Source of the DNA: Prolixibacteraceae bacterium
GTDB taxonomy: Bacteria > Bacteroidota > Bacteroidia > Bacteroidales > Prolixibacteraceae
Length of the DNA: 64,000 nt
NCBI GenBank assembly: GCA_025210775.1
Contig: JAOARB010000010.1
Location: 39,502-103,501, forward strand
Direction of reading: 5' to 3'
The position numbers were made by a program, and so were the translations under genes. Shown piece by piece: positions 1-10,960 of the stretch; position 1 is the stretch's first letter, and each line of letters opens with the position of its first letter. The notes under the pieces are model-generated. The model searched no databases and was not told the DNA's origin. It saw only the letters and a program-made list of their open reading frames with translations.

Positions 1-148
1 CAAATTACAGATTTTTGTAAGTATATATTAACCTGTATTGCATCCTACATGAAAGTTATAAAGTAACGATAATAATTGGCAATATTTTTATTTGTTACTA
101 TAGAGCAATTATTTTAGGTCATTATTTACAATTTAAATATTATTCCAC

Positions 149-156
149 TACTTTTG
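149..156 (+). promoter_or_regulatory. candidate Bacteroidota sigma-A -7 box (TAnnTTTG) upstream of asd
   Basis: TACTTTTG lies 72 nt upstream of the ATG at 228. Motif match only. Confidence 0.3.
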
Positions 157-227
157 TATCAAATGATAAATAAAACAACAATCATTGGATAAATAAAAAA
201 TAGTTTTAATGATATAATTACGGTCAT

Positions 228-1238
228 ATGAAAGTTGCAATTGTTGGAGCTAGTGGTGCTGTCGGCCAAGAGTTCTTAAGAGTATTAGAACAGAGAAATT
301 TCCCTTTAGATGAACTTATTTTATTTGGATCAAAGAGATCTGCTGGTAAGAAATATATGTTCAAAGGTAAAGAATTAATAGTTCAAGAACTATGTCATAA
401 TGATGATTTTAAAGGTATTGATATTGCACTTACTTCTGCAGGGGCATCCGTAAGTAAAGAGTATGCTGAGACCATTACCAAGCATGGAGCAATCATGATT
501 GACAACTCTAGCGCTTTCCGTATGGATGAAAACATCCCTCTTGTTGTACCGGAAGTAAATGGAGAGGATTGTTTAACTTACAATAGCAAGATCATTGCAA
601 ACCCAAATTGTAGTACAATACAAATGGTCGTAGCACTTAAACCAATACATGATCTTTCTGCAATCAAAAGGATTCATGTAGCGACTTATCAATCAGCAAG
701 TGGTGCTGGTGCTTCAGCAATGCAGGAGCTAATCGATCAGACTTCACAAATAGCAAAAGGAGAAGAAGTAAAAGTCGAGCAGTTTGCCTATCAATTAGCA
801 ATGAATGTCATTCCTCATATCGATGTCTTTATGGACAACGACTACACAAAAGAGGAAATGAAGATGTATCACGAGACACAAAAGATAATGCACTCCAATA
901 TTCAAGTCAGTGCAACAGCTGTTCGTGTTCCTGTTCTAAGAGCCCATTCAGAAGCAATATGGATAGAAACAGATGAAACCCTTGAAATATCTGCCATCAA
1001 TGATGCTTTCGATAAAGCAGAAGGTATTGTTCGTATGGATAATCCTGCAAACAAAGAATATCCAATGCCATTAGATCTAGCAGAAACAGATGATGTTTAC
1101 GTTGGTCGAATAAGAAAAGATATTTCTAATGAAAAAGGAATAGCACTATGGGTAGTAGCCGATCAGATAAAAAAAGGAGCGGCATTAAATTCAGTTCAGA
1201 TTGCAGAATACCTTATCAAAAAAGAAATAGTAAAATAA
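228..1238 (+). CDS. asd: aspartate-semialdehyde dehydrogenase
   Basis: 336-aa ORF. N-terminal Rossmann motif [12 protein letters not shown], active-site block [10 protein letters not shown], and SASGAG. Length is typical of Asd. Confidence 0.95.
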   Translation: MKVAIVGASGAVGQEFLRVLEQRNFPLDELILFGSKRSAGKKYMFKGKELIVQELCHNDDFKGIDIALTSAGASVSKEYAETITKHGAIMIDNSSAFRMDENIPLVVPEVNGEDCLTYNSKIIANPNCSTIQMVVALKPIHDLSAIKRIHVATYQSASGAGASAMQELIDQTSQIAKGEEVKVEQFAYQLAMNVIPHIDVFMDNDYTKEEMKMYHETQKIMHSNIQVSATAVRVPVLRAHSEAIWIETDETLEISAINDAFDKAEGIVRMDNPANKEYPMPLDLAETDDVYVGRIRKDISNEKGIALWVVADQIKKGAALNSVQIAEYLIKKEIVK

Positions 1239-1305
1239 TATAGAAAAACAGCACTAAATACACTACAGACTCTCTTATCACAAAAGACAGACTGTATAAT
1301 AAAAA

Positions 1306-1343
1306 AGAAGCTAATCATTTCATTATGATTAGCTTCTTTTTTT
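1306..1343. terminator. bidirectional intrinsic terminator between asd and hflX
   Basis: 13-bp perfect stem AGAAGCTAATCAT/ATGATTAGCTTCT, flanked by an A-run on the left and a T-run on the right. Confidence 0.6.
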
Positions 1344-1346
1344 AAA

Positions 1347-2573
1347 TTATATTTGATCTCCTGATTCTTCATCATAGAAGTTGAACAAGAAATCATTATA
1401 TGGGAAGCGCTGTACATGAATCTTTTTCACTTCATTATAAAGCAGCTTCTTAAAGTCTTCAATATTCTCTTTTTGTTTAGCAGAAATAAAGATCGCTTGG
1501 TCATTACTCTTAGCCATCCATGTCTTCTTCCACTCTTCTAAACTAATATTTTCTCTAGTAGATGGTGTTAAATCATCTTCTTCCTTAGGAGTATAACTAA
1601 AAGCATCAATCTTATTAAAAACATAGATCATCTTCTTATCTGATGCACCTATCTCTTTTAATGTCTGATCGACAACCTCAATTTGTTCTTCAAAACCTTC
1701 ATGAGATATATCGATAACATGCAACAGAACATCTGCTTCTCTAGTCTCATCCAGTGTTGATTTAAATGAATCCACCAACCCGTGAGGTAACTTACGAATA
1801 AAACCAACGGTGTCGGCCAACAAGAAAGGCAAGTTCTGTACTACCACTTTTCTAACAGTAGTATCTAGTGTAGCAAACAGTTTATTTTCAGCCAAAACTT
1901 CTGACTTACTCAAAACATTCATAATGGTTGATTTACCAACATTCGTATATCCTACCAAGGCGACACGCACCAATTTGCCTCTATTCTTACGCTGTGTAGC
2001 TTTTTGTTTATCAATTTTAACCAACTCATTCTTTAGACGAGCAATCTTATCTAAAATGATACGACGGTCGGTCTCAATCTGAGTCTCTCCAGGACCTCTC
2101 ATACCAATACCACCTCGTTGTCTTTCCAAGTGGGTCCACAAACGAGTCAAACGAGGAAGCATATATTGATATTGGGCAAGCTCAACCTGAGTTCTTGCAC
2201 TTGCTGTTTGGGCATGATTAGCAAAGATATCCAAGATCAAATTTGTTCTATCTAGAACTTTGATCTGCAATACCTTCTCAATATTTCTTAATTGTGTAGG
2301 CGAAAGCTCATCGTCAAAAATCACAGAATCTAAGTCATGAATCTTCACAAAGTCATGTATCTCTTCTAGCTTTCCTGTTCCAACAAAAGTTGCTCTATTG
2401 GGAACCTCCATACGTTGGACAAAGCGTCCTAAGATATGGGCTCCTGCAGTTTCTGCCAAAAACGTTAACTCATCAAGATACTCTTCCACTTTAGCTTCAT
2501 CTTGACTACTATTGATCAGTCCAACTACTGCAGACTTCTCTCTTTCTTCAATCTTTAATTCTTTTGATCCCAT
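1347..2573 (-). CDS. hflX: GTPase HflX
   Basis: 408 aa. HflX N-terminal domain (GTGKLEEI, GETQIETDRR) followed by a G-domain with P-loop GYTNVGKST and DTVGF. Confidence 0.93.
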   Translation of the reverse strand: MGSKELKIEEREKSAVVGLINSSQDEAKVEEYLDELTFLAETAGAHILGRFVQRMEVPNRATFVGTGKLEEIHDFVKIHDLDSVIFDDELSPTQLRNIEKVLQIKVLDRTNLILDIFANHAQTASARTQVELAQYQYMLPRLTRLWTHLERQRGGIGMRGPGETQIETDRRIILDKIARLKNELVKIDKQKATQRKNRGKLVRVALVGYTNVGKSTIMNVLSKSEVLAENKLFATLDTTVRKVVVQNLPFLLADTVGFIRKLPHGLVDSFKSTLDETREADVLLHVIDISHEGFEEQIEVVDQTLKEIGASDKKMIYVFNKIDAFSYTPKEEDDLTPSTRENISLEEWKKTWMAKSNDQAIFISAKQKENIEDFKKLLYNEVKKIHVQRFPYNDFLFNFYDEESGDQI

Positions 2574-2594
2574 CTAGCATTCTACTATGAATGT

Positions 2595-2628
2595 AAAAAA
2601 CCCGATCTCGTCCAAAGACAAGACCGGG
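2595..2628 (-). terminator. intrinsic terminator downstream of the TonB-family gene
   Basis: On the minus strand, a 12-bp stem CCCGGTCTTGTC/GACGAGATCGGG (two G-U pairs) with a 4-nt loop, followed by TTTTTT. Confidence 0.6.
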
Positions 2629-2656
2629 AATATAATAATATCTTGAACCTGCTCTA

Positions 2657-3346
2657 TTAATTCAATACGAAGTTAATAGGCACAGAATATGATACACGTA
2701 CTGGCTTACCACGCTGCATACCTGCTTTCCATTTTGGAAGAGATTTTACCACGCGAATAGCTTCTTTATCCAAAGAAGGGTCAACACCACGAGCGATACG
2801 CACGTCTGTCACACTACCATCTTTATTTACAACAAAAGCAACGAATACTCTACCTTGAATACCATTCTCTTGCGCAATAACTGGATACTTCACAGATTTA
2901 GCAATAAATTTCAATAAAGCTGTTTGACCTCCTGGGAATTCAGGCATATCTTCAACAATATTAAATACTTGCTCTTCTACTGTCTCTTCTTCTTCTTCCA
3001 CAACCTGAGCTACTTCCACTGCTGTATTCTCATCTGCTTCAGAATCTTCGATCTCCATCTCATCCTGAATGTCTTCATCATCATCCACAATAGTGATCAT
3101 ATCTATAATAGCCGCTGGTGGCGGTGGTGGTGGCGGTGGAGGAGGAGTTTCCTGAGTATTAGTAATCGGTATAATCTCATCTTCTACTGCTTCTTGCTTC
3201 ACCTCCCCAAAACCTTCTGTTTTCTTAGGTTGGGTAGTCCAAGCAAAAAGTCGCCAAATGATAAGCAGAGAGATAGCTAGACCCAACCACACAAGGGTAG
3301 ATCTTTTGCTTTCCAAATCTGCTCTGGGAGTTTTTTTGGGTTCCAT
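2657..3346 (-). CDS. energy transducer TonB-family protein
   Basis: 229 aa. N-terminal TM anchor, a run of 10 Pro, an acidic linker, and a C-terminal TonB_C-like block (GIQGRVFVAFVVNKDGSVTDVRI...PVRVSYSVPINF). Confidence 0.85.
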   Translation of the reverse strand: MEPKKTPRADLESKRSTLVWLGLAISLLIIWRLFAWTTQPKKTEGFGEVKQEAVEDEIIPITNTQETPPPPPPPPPPAAIIDMITIVDDDEDIQDEMEIEDSEADENTAVEVAQVVEEEEETVEEQVFNIVEDMPEFPGGQTALLKFIAKSVKYPVIAQENGIQGRVFVAFVVNKDGSVTDVRIARGVDPSLDKEAIRVVKSLPKWKAGMQRGKPVRVSYSVPINFVLN

Positions 3347-3560
3347 AATCCTACTTTAAATTATTCTGAAACTTTTTGTATTCTTTCTTTTCGAGGGTTT
3401 AAAGATAAAAAAATAAAATTCAAAACGGATAGTTTTCTTAAATATTTTATACAGCATCTAGATGACTAAGCGATGATATTATTGTTCATTTATTGGCACA
3501 TCTGACAATATTTAAGCTCCTTATCTACAACCACAACCCAATATATAACCAATTACTTAC

Positions 3561-4265
3561 CTATTGCATAAACATCAATTTTCTCTCATAGCACTCTTTT
3601 ACCTCTGCTACAAAATCAGGAGTCAATGATTTGCGATAAACCCTAATTGCACTACGATAAGTTCCATTCATTCGCAACGAGCACAATGCAGAGTCAAAAC
3701 TCAACCCATCCCAATTAAGGTGAGCTTGTCGATCCAATCTTTCAAACTCTTTCCATTTCAAGAAAGATGGCAACAAGAAATAAGAATGATTATTCTCGGT
3801 ATTATCGAAATAGATATTCTCAGCAACTTCACTAAGCTCAAAGAATTTTTCCACCTCAACGTTAGCTTCGAATGTCACCTCTTTATAACTTTTAATTAAA
3901 AGTTCGAAACCATATCTTTTAAACCCCTCTTGCAGTTCGATAATTTTCCCATATCCTTCGACACCACGAAGACGAACACCATATAATTTCTCATTCTCCA
4001 CTTCCAATATCACTTTAACCGCATCCAGATCAATCAGTTGTGCCACCTGCATCATTTCGATCGTATGTTCAATTGAAGATAAAGGATAATTATCAGCAAA
4101 CATGATATAGAAATAAAGAGGAGTATGTCCTTTTGAACTTTCCCCATAATATCCATAGAATGGGTTCACCACCTCGAATACGAGTGTTCCAGGCAGAATA
4201 TTATCCACCATTACATCCAAACTTTCTCTTTTAAAAAGATTCCCGTGAAGTTCTATATTATCCAT
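3561..4265 (-). CDS. hypothetical cytoplasmic protein
   Basis: 234-aa ORF with coding-like composition. No signal peptide and no motif I recognise. Confidence 0.55.
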   Translation of the reverse strand: MDNIELHGNLFKRESLDVMVDNILPGTLVFEVVNPFYGYYGESSKGHTPLYFYIMFADNYPLSSIEHTIEMMQVAQLIDLDAVKVILEVENEKLYGVRLRGVEGYGKIIELQEGFKRYGFELLIKSYKEVTFEANVEVEKFFELSEVAENIYFDNTENNHSYFLLPSFLKWKEFERLDRQAHLNWDGLSFDSALCSLRMNGTYRSAIRVYRKSLTPDFVAEVKECYERKLMFMQ

Positions 4266-4433
4266 AAGCCAACTGATTTAGATTTGTCCTTTACTTACTA
4301 ATATAAGAACCTTTATAAGTTCCTTTTTGTTCGAATATTAGCAGTTAATTTTTATGATAATACATAGGATAAGGATAGTTTTTCATACTTTTAGGAGGAG
4401 AACATTTTTAATGACACACAGTCTAAGATTATT

Positions 4434-5504
4434 ATGAAACATTCTGACCAAGAATCTCTACACAAATTTCGTCCAATAAGAATTCTCTTACCCATTCTTA
4501 TTGGGGTTGCTGTTGCTATATATTTAATATACAAAGAGAAGGATCAGATTTCTCAATTTACATTTACACTGAATGGATGTCTATTTATTTTAGCTGCAAT
4601 AGGCTTGATGTTATGTAGGGATATTGGATATATGATTCGTATTCGCATATTATCCAACAAACAGCTCTCATGGTTTCAGTGCATCAAAATCACATTTCTT
4701 TGGGAATTTGCATCAGCCATCACCCCCACTGCTATCGGAGGGACGGGAGTCGCAGTCTTCTTTCTTCACCATGAAAAGATATCATGGGCAGAGAGTACCA
4801 CGATCGTTATGGCGACCAGTTTTTTAGACGAACTCTTTTTCGCACTTAGTTTTCCTGTATTAATTCTCACCATAGGTTGGGAGAATCTATTTACGCAATA
4901 CAATCAAACCAGCTTTGTAAATAACCTTGTTTGGTTTGCCATTGCAGGATACACGATAAAACTTTGTTACATTATATTTGTTTCCTATGCCCTCTTTTTC
5001 AACCCAAAACTATTTAAACGTATCATTGTTGGAATATCCACTCTCCCATTTATTCGCAAGTGGAAAAGAGATGCGATAGCATATGGTGACGAATTTATTC
5101 TTGCATCAAAGAATCTACAGCACAAGAAGCCTTCTTTTTGGATTAGTTCCTTTTTGGCAACAGCAGGTTCTTGGATTTCCAGATATTGGACTGCCAACCT
5201 CATCATTCTTGGGGTAACCATCTCCACTGTTACACCAAACCCTGAGATTTTCGATTTTATGAATCAAATGATCATCTTTGCACGTCAATTGATCATGTGG
5301 ATTATGATGATGGTAATGCCTAGTCCTGGAGGAGCAGGATTCTCTGAATTCTTATTCTCTAAATACATGATTGATTTTGTTCCATTAGGATATGAAAATA
5401 TGGTATCTCTTATATGGAGAGCCATCAGCTACTACCCATATCTATTGATTGGGTCCGTTCTTTTTCCTATCTGGCTAAGAAACAAGATATTAAAAAAGAA
5501 ATGA
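4434..5504 (+). CDS. flippase-like / lysylphosphatidylglycerol-synthase TM-region family membrane protein (UPF0104)
   Basis: 356 aa, polytopic. Contains the characteristic PSPGGAGFSEF motif near the C-terminal helices. Confidence 0.7.
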   Translation: MKHSDQESLHKFRPIRILLPILIGVAVAIYLIYKEKDQISQFTFTLNGCLFILAAIGLMLCRDIGYMIRIRILSNKQLSWFQCIKITFLWEFASAITPTAIGGTGVAVFFLHHEKISWAESTTIVMATSFLDELFFALSFPVLILTIGWENLFTQYNQTSFVNNLVWFAIAGYTIKLCYIIFVSYALFFNPKLFKRIIVGISTLPFIRKWKRDAIAYGDEFILASKNLQHKKPSFWISSFLATAGSWISRYWTANLIILGVTISTVTPNPEIFDFMNQMIIFARQLIMWIMMMVMPSPGGAGFSEFLFSKYMIDFVPLGYENMVSLIWRAISYYPYLLIGSVLFPIWLRNKILKKK

Positions 5505-6217
5505 TTAAAATAGAGAAGATATACATTAAGGAGATTGGGACCGTTACACTTCGTAAAGCAAGCACGACCAAAAACTTTCGTCTAACAGTAAAGAACAACG
5601 GAGAAATACTTGTTGGTACCCCTCTTAGAACAAGAGATAAGGAGATTATGGAGCTTATCCTCTCTAAGAAAGAGTGGATACTAAAAAGTATAAACAAGCA
5701 AGAGAACAAACAGCCGAAAAAGATTCCTAACAGCCTTAGTATTCTTGGTAAGGCATACCATATACGTCTTTCCGAGACAGATAAACCACAATTGGCAGAA
5801 GAAGGGAACGACACCATCCTATATCTACCTAAGACGGCAACAGAAGAGCGTATTGAAGATATGAAAGAACATTTCTACGCTTCTGTCATAAGGATGGAAG
5901 CCAAGAACATTCTTCCATCACGACTGTTTGAATGGAGTAAGAAACTAGATCTTCCCTACAACGCATGTCGAATAAAGAACAACAAAACCAATTGGGGAAG
6001 CTGTTCAGCAAAAGGAAACATCAATCTTAACATGCACCTTATCAAATTACCCGAACATCTGATGGATATGGTGCTTGTACATGAACTAATGCATACCATT
6101 ATTCCGAATCACGGAGATGATTTCCAAAAAGCCATGGGAAAGATTTTTCCCAATATCAAGCAGTTAAACAAAGAGATGAAAAAATACCACCCACACACAT
6201 GGGGACAACCCATTTAA
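5501..6217 (+). CDS. YgjP-like (DUF45) zinc metallopeptidase-fold protein
   Basis: Start taken at ATG 5501, which overlaps the upstream stop as ATGA. The track ORF begins at 5414. Motif WGSCSAKGNINLN...VHELMHTIIPNHGDDF includes HExxH. Confidence 0.8.
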   Translation: MIKIEKIYIKEIGTVTLRKASTTKNFRLTVKNNGEILVGTPLRTRDKEIMELILSKKEWILKSINKQENKQPKKIPNSLSILGKAYHIRLSETDKPQLAEEGNDTILYLPKTATEERIEDMKEHFYASVIRMEAKNILPSRLFEWSKKLDLPYNACRIKNNKTNWGSCSAKGNINLNMHLIKLPEHLMDMVLVHELMHTIIPNHGDDFQKAMGKIFPNIKQLNKEMKKYHPHTWGQPI

Positions 6218-6228
6218 AGAGACAGACA

Positions 6229-7545
6229 ATGAAGTGGACCGAACTTATATGTGATACACGATTAGGATTAGAGAATAGAAAGATCGAAAAGATAGATCAC
6301 CGTTCTCAATTTCAAAGAGACCATGACCGAATCATTTTCTCACCTACCTTCCGAAGGCTACAAAACAAAACACAAGTATTTCCTCTTCCTGGTTCTATCT
6401 TTGTACACAACCGACTTACCCATAGCCTAGAAGTGTCTACTGTAGGAAGAACCTTAGGGGCCATGCTCTCCTCTGAACTAATAAAAAAGGAAGAGTTATC
6501 ATGGGAAAAAGCAAGTGAAATTGGAGCCATCGTTGGTTCAGCATGTCTGGCACACGATCTAGGAAACCCTCCTTTTGGTCATTCTGGAGAACATGCCATT
6601 TCCGATTTCTTCAAGAACCACTATGGACAAAAATACAAGGAATTATTTACCACAGAACAATGGAATGATTTTATTCAATTTGATGGGAATGCCAATGCTT
6701 TCCGACTACTATCAAATCAATTCATAGGAAGACGTGAAGGAGGCTTTGCACTGACCTACTCCACTTTGGCATCTATCGTAAAATATCCTTACGAATCGAC
6801 ATACACCAACAAACAAAAGTTTGGGTTCTTTCAAGACCAGAAAGAGACTTACATCAAGATTGCCAATCTTCTCGGGATACCCAAAGCGAATGGCAAGTAC
6901 GTCAGACATCCATTGGTATATCTAGTAGAAGCAGCCGACGACATCTGTTACCAGATAATGGACATAGAAGATGCATTTAAAATTGGGATACTTACCTACG
7001 AAAGGGTGGAAGAGTTTCTACTCCCTTTTCATCTTAAGGACAAGAATATATCGAACATAAACAAAACCTTAACCTCCATAGAAGACAAAAACGAGAAAGT
7101 GTCCTATCTTAGGTCTATCACTATTGGCAAACTGACCAACGAATGCTTTGACCAATTTATGGCGCACTACTCAAATATAATGGAGGGGATACATCAAACG
7201 CCACTGATCAAGACGATATCTCAAGGATCTATCCAATGTTTAGAGAAGATTCATGAGGTATCAACCAAAGAGATCTATATGCATAGAGATGTCGTCGAGA
7301 TACAAATTGCAGGTCATAAAATCATCACCTCTCTTCTAGATCGATTCATACGAGCATTAGAAACCAAAGATGAGCCATACGCTAAGAATATGCTCTCTCT
7401 CATCCCTAAACAATACGACATAAACAACCCCGACACATACAAACAAATATTGGCTATTGTTGATTATGTATCGGGGATGACCGACGTATATGCTTTGGAA
7501 TTATATCGTAGAATGGAAGGAATCTCAGTACCTGCCTTCTACTAA
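6229..7545 (+). CDS. dgt: dGTP triphosphohydrolase-like HD-domain protein
   Basis: Motifs FQRDHDRIIFSPTFRRLQNKTQVF, RLTHSLEV and AHDLGNPPFGH. Start at MKWTEL (6229) is preferred over the longer ORF start at 6199, which overlaps the upstream gene. Confidence 0.85.
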   Translation: MKWTELICDTRLGLENRKIEKIDHRSQFQRDHDRIIFSPTFRRLQNKTQVFPLPGSIFVHNRLTHSLEVSTVGRTLGAMLSSELIKKEELSWEKASEIGAIVGSACLAHDLGNPPFGHSGEHAISDFFKNHYGQKYKELFTTEQWNDFIQFDGNANAFRLLSNQFIGRREGGFALTYSTLASIVKYPYESTYTNKQKFGFFQDQKETYIKIANLLGIPKANGKYVRHPLVYLVEAADDICYQIMDIEDAFKIGILTYERVEEFLLPFHLKDKNISNINKTLTSIEDKNEKVSYLRSITIGKLTNECFDQFMAHYSNIMEGIHQTPLIKTISQGSIQCLEKIHEVSTKEIYMHRDVVEIQIAGHKIITSLLDRFIRALETKDEPYAKNMLSLIPKQYDINNPDTYKQILAIVDYVSGMTDVYALELYRRMEGISVPAFY

Positions 7546-7570
7546 AACTCCAACCCTATTAAATGAAGCG

Positions 7571-8218
7571 TTAGATCTGTTTCTTCAACAATTTAACATT
7601 GTTCTTTAAACGTTCTATCTCTTCATTTTTCTTCACGATCTGCCCTTTTAAAGAAGCCACCGTCTTCGATAGTTTAGCACTTTGATCTTTCAACGTCTTC
7701 ACTTTATCGTCATTCGAATTGATCTTTTGATTCAAAAGAGTCAATTTATCCTTTTCATTATTTAAAGCATATTTCACTTCAATAAGCTCACTAGATTTGG
7801 CCTCTAGGTCTTTCTTTAACAAAGTCAACTGCTCCTTATATCTATCTAATTTTTTATCAAGAGACCCAATCTTATCACTTAACTGACGGTTCTCATTCTT
7901 GTAAGAATACAATTGATCCTCCAGTTCTCCACTCAATTTCTGATTCTCTTGGGCTTTCTTAGTCATCTTTTCAGAGACTTCGTCTACTTTAGACAACATC
8001 TGAACATTACTATACTCTAGATCTTCTCTAATCTTATCAAACTCAGCTGTTCTATTCTTAAGTTCTTTTTGAGTAGAAGAAAGTTCTTTCTTTAGAGAAA
8101 CGACACGTTGATCGCTCTTTTTCTTTCTGCTTTCTAATTCAACATACTTCTTCTTCGAAACACATGAAGCAAAAGCTACAGCTATAATCCCGCAATATAA
8201 AATTAACCTATGACACAT
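7571..8218 (-). CDS. coiled-coil lipoprotein, function unknown
   Basis: 215 aa. Lipobox-like AFASC, then K/E/L-rich heptad-like sequence throughout. Confidence 0.6.
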   Translation of the reverse strand: MCHRLILYCGIIAVAFASCVSKKKYVELESRKKKSDQRVVSLKKELSSTQKELKNRTAEFDKIREDLEYSNVQMLSKVDEVSEKMTKKAQENQKLSGELEDQLYSYKNENRQLSDKIGSLDKKLDRYKEQLTLLKKDLEAKSSELIEVKYALNNEKDKLTLLNQKINSNDDKVKTLKDQSAKLSKTVASLKGQIVKKNEEIERLKNNVKLLKKQI

Positions 8219-8502
8219 AATCTACGCTTCTCCTATTTAAGTTTGTAATAGTATCTACAAGAATAACTTACAATACCCTTTATAACAAAGGTAACAAATA
8301 TAAATACGATTTTTCAAATCATTTATTATAATAAAACTCTGCTTTCTTCAAAAATAGATCTCCCTATATTTGCCAAACCAACACCAGTATCACACACAAT
8401 ATCTGACAATTACATCACCCACACCATCAGATTAAGACATAAAAAAAAGGCCACCTCAATAAGGCAGCCTTGGTATATATTTTGTAATCGAACCCATTAA
8501 GA

Positions 8503-9807
8503 TTAGGAGACAATGATCTTGATGATAAATACTATTGCAAGTATCCCCATAGACAAAGTAACCTCCTTCTTACGTCCTGTTAATAACTTGATAAACACAT
8601 AAGAGATCACCCCCATCATAATTCCATTCACAATAGAATAAGTCAATGGCATTAGCATAAAAGTAAAATATGCAGGGATCGCTTCCGTAAAATCTTTAAA
8701 ATTCAGTTTCGAGATCTCTCCTAACATCATTACCCCAACAATAAACAACGCTGGCGTAGTAGCAGCAGCAGGAACCATTAGGAATAGTGGAGACAACAAC
8801 AATGCAACCAACAAAAATACCGCACTAGTGATAGAAGTCAATCCTGTTCGTCCTCCTTCAGCAATACCAGCAGCACTTTCCGAAACAGTAGTAACAGTGG
8901 AAACCCCCAGAAGAGCCCCACATACAGTAGCTATTGAATCTGCAGTCAGTCCTTGTTTAAGATTCTTTATCTCTCCATTCTCATCCACCATATTGGCACT
9001 ATTAGAAACACCCACCAAAGTACCAATCGTATCGAACATATCAATAAATAGGAATGCAAACAATACCACCAAGATGTTTAAAATCTTATCAAAACTCTCA
9101 ATCCAACTAAAGTCCAAATGAAAAGCAATAGGTGTGATAGATGGAATAGAAAAACTCCAATCCTTAGGAGGCTCTGTGACACCTAAAGGAAGACCTATCA
9201 ACGTACAGAAAATCATTCCTATCAAGATCGCCCCAGGAACTTTCTTAACATATAATGCACCTGTTACAATAATACCTATAATTGCAACCATTGCAGATGG
9301 CGAAGTTAAATCACCCAAAGTAACCAACGTTGCATCGCTATTTACAACAATCCCAGCTCCTTTTAAACCAATCATGGTGATAAACATACCAACACCAACC
9401 GTAATCCCTTGTCTTACAGTGAATGGAATTGCACCAATAATTTTCTCTCTTACATTGATCAGAGTTAGAAAGATAAAGAACAATCCTTCTAAAAATATTG
9501 CCGTCAAAGCCACTTCCCAATGGTAGCCCATACCAATACAAACTGTAAAGGCAAAGAAAGCTGTAGTCCCCATCCCGGGAGCCAAAGCATATGGAAGATT
9601 GGCAACCAACGCCATTAGAAGTGTACCGATAACTGAAGTAAGCACTGTTGCTGTAAACAAAGCTCCTTTATCCATCCCCGTTGCCGACAACATATTTGGC
9701 GCAACCGACAATATATACGCCATCGTCATGAAAGTTGTTATTCCCGCAAGAATCTCGTTTCTTACGCTTGTCCCGTTTTCTTTAAGCTTAAAGAGTGTCT
9801 CAAGCAT
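8503..9807 (-). CDS. NCS2/AzgA-family purine (adenine/guanine/hypoxanthine) permease
   Basis: 434 aa. N-terminus FKLKENGTSVRNEILAGITTFMTMAYILSVAPNML is typical of AzgA-type permeases. About 12 TM helices. Confidence 0.9.
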   Translation of the reverse strand: MLETLFKLKENGTSVRNEILAGITTFMTMAYILSVAPNMLSATGMDKGALFTATVLTSVIGTLLMALVANLPYALAPGMGTTAFFAFTVCIGMGYHWEVALTAIFLEGLFFIFLTLINVREKIIGAIPFTVRQGITVGVGMFITMIGLKGAGIVVNSDATLVTLGDLTSPSAMVAIIGIIVTGALYVKKVPGAILIGMIFCTLIGLPLGVTEPPKDWSFSIPSITPIAFHLDFSWIESFDKILNILVVLFAFLFIDMFDTIGTLVGVSNSANMVDENGEIKNLKQGLTADSIATVCGALLGVSTVTTVSESAAGIAEGGRTGLTSITSAVFLLVALLLSPLFLMVPAAATTPALFIVGVMMLGEISKLNFKDFTEAIPAYFTFMLMPLTYSIVNGIMMGVISYVFIKLLTGRKKEVTLSMGILAIVFIIKIIVS

Positions 9808-9872
9808 TTTCTGTTAGATTTTAAAGTGGCAGTATGTAACTTTCCCCTTGTGTGTTAATAAAAAAATTGGGG

Positions 9873-9880
9873 CAAAAGTA
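9873..9880 (-). promoter_or_regulatory. candidate -7 box (TAnnTTTG) for the permease gene
   Basis: Minus strand reads TACTTTTG, 66 nt upstream of the ATG at 9807. Confidence 0.3.
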
Positions 9881-10808
9881 ATACTTTTATCATGATAAAT
9901 AAACCTCCTTCTGCTCCCACACCTAAAAGCCACTTACGAATCTCTAAAATCAATCATTCTAGACACCAAAAACAAAACATACCTTCAAAGAAAAGTGCCC
10001 ATAAAACACACGCTATCAACACCGTTACCCCCACTTCACTCAAATAGGTAAAAATCCAACACGGTTATAATTTTATGTTTTATTAAGAATTACAATCACT
10101 CATAATAGCCCTAATAAAGTCTCTTAAGTCCATACCTGACGACATAACGACACACCAAATAAAAACCATTACAGGATATTATTCCTCCTTTCCACACAAA
10201 GTCCACAAAAGATATAGATGTTACCTTTTATGCCACTCCTCTTTAATGATTTGCCTTAAGATCAATTCATGTATAAGAAGTAAAAAAAACATCAATGCCT
10301 AAAACCGAACGGAAGTCTATAGAAATAGATAGGAAATTACATTTATTGCTTGAATGAACATTCTAAACAAAGACATTTTATAGAACAAACACTATTAGAA
10401 ACAATTATTTAACATTGCTTAATTTTAATATAAAACTTAGCCTATATCATTTAAGATCAACAATTTACTACAATGACAAACTAAATAATTATTATTCACT
10501 AAATTTATCAGCAAACAAGTATATAAAACTTAAAGATGTAGGTATTGTCTGTTTCTTTAACATTAATAATATACTTAACCATAAAAATCCATCTTATGCT
10601 TATTATAATGAAGACTACACAGAAATCAGCTACAGATACTTACAAGCTAGAATGATATACTTTGGAATACAATTGGACCTAAACAATATTTAAATCCAAT
10701 CTAAAGAATTACAGCATGTATTTTCTTTTACACAAAAGAATACATGCTGATTATTATACACAGCTATAGTTTCATTCTTATACAACGTGTAAACAAAACA
10801 AACCTCTA

Positions 10809-10830
10809 AAAGTGCAATATATTACACTTT
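10809..10830. repeat. 22-bp near-perfect palindrome AAAGTGCAATATATTACACTTT (operator-like), copy 1
   Basis: 10 of 11 symmetric pairs match. A second copy lies 62 bp downstream. Confidence 0.7.
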
Positions 10831-10870
10831 TCAAGACCAAAATAGTTGCATTCGTCAGTAAAAAGCCCCA

Positions 10871-10892
10871 AAAGTGCAATATAATGCACTTT
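10871..10892. repeat. 22-bp near-perfect palindrome AAAGTGCAATATAATGCACTTT, copy 2
   Basis: 10 of 11 symmetric pairs match. It shares the AAAGTGCA...TGCACTTT half-sites with copy 1. Confidence 0.7.
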
Positions 10893-10960
10893 GAGATGCA
10901 TTTATTATATTACTCTAATCCTCAACACCAAAGAAATGCCATCAAAGTAGAGAACTTAAA

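Noticed and set aside
1810-9817. Numerous short ORFs embedded antisense or out of frame in strong genes. Examples are 1810-2082, 2924-3280, 4985-5227, 5467-5817, 6312-6530, 8828-9121, 9134-9526 and 9599-9817. Similar ones occur throughout the window.
   Set aside because: Each lies fully inside a longer ORF that has recognisable family motifs. Their sequences are low-complexity shadows, for example the W/R-rich peptide opposite the TonB proline run.
9808-9920. A possible purine riboswitch in the 5' leader of the purine permease.
   Set aside because: Reading the minus-strand leader, I could not find the conserved purine-riboswitch core or a three-way junction. Only a TAnnTTTG box is present. 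A covariance-model scan (Rfam RF00167) would be decisive.
10415-10693. A 92-aa ORF with an outer-membrane-barrel-like C-terminus.
   Set aside because: It has a TTG start, no signal peptide or upstream part, and very AT-rich DNA. At best it is a pseudogene remnant, so it is not called as a feature.
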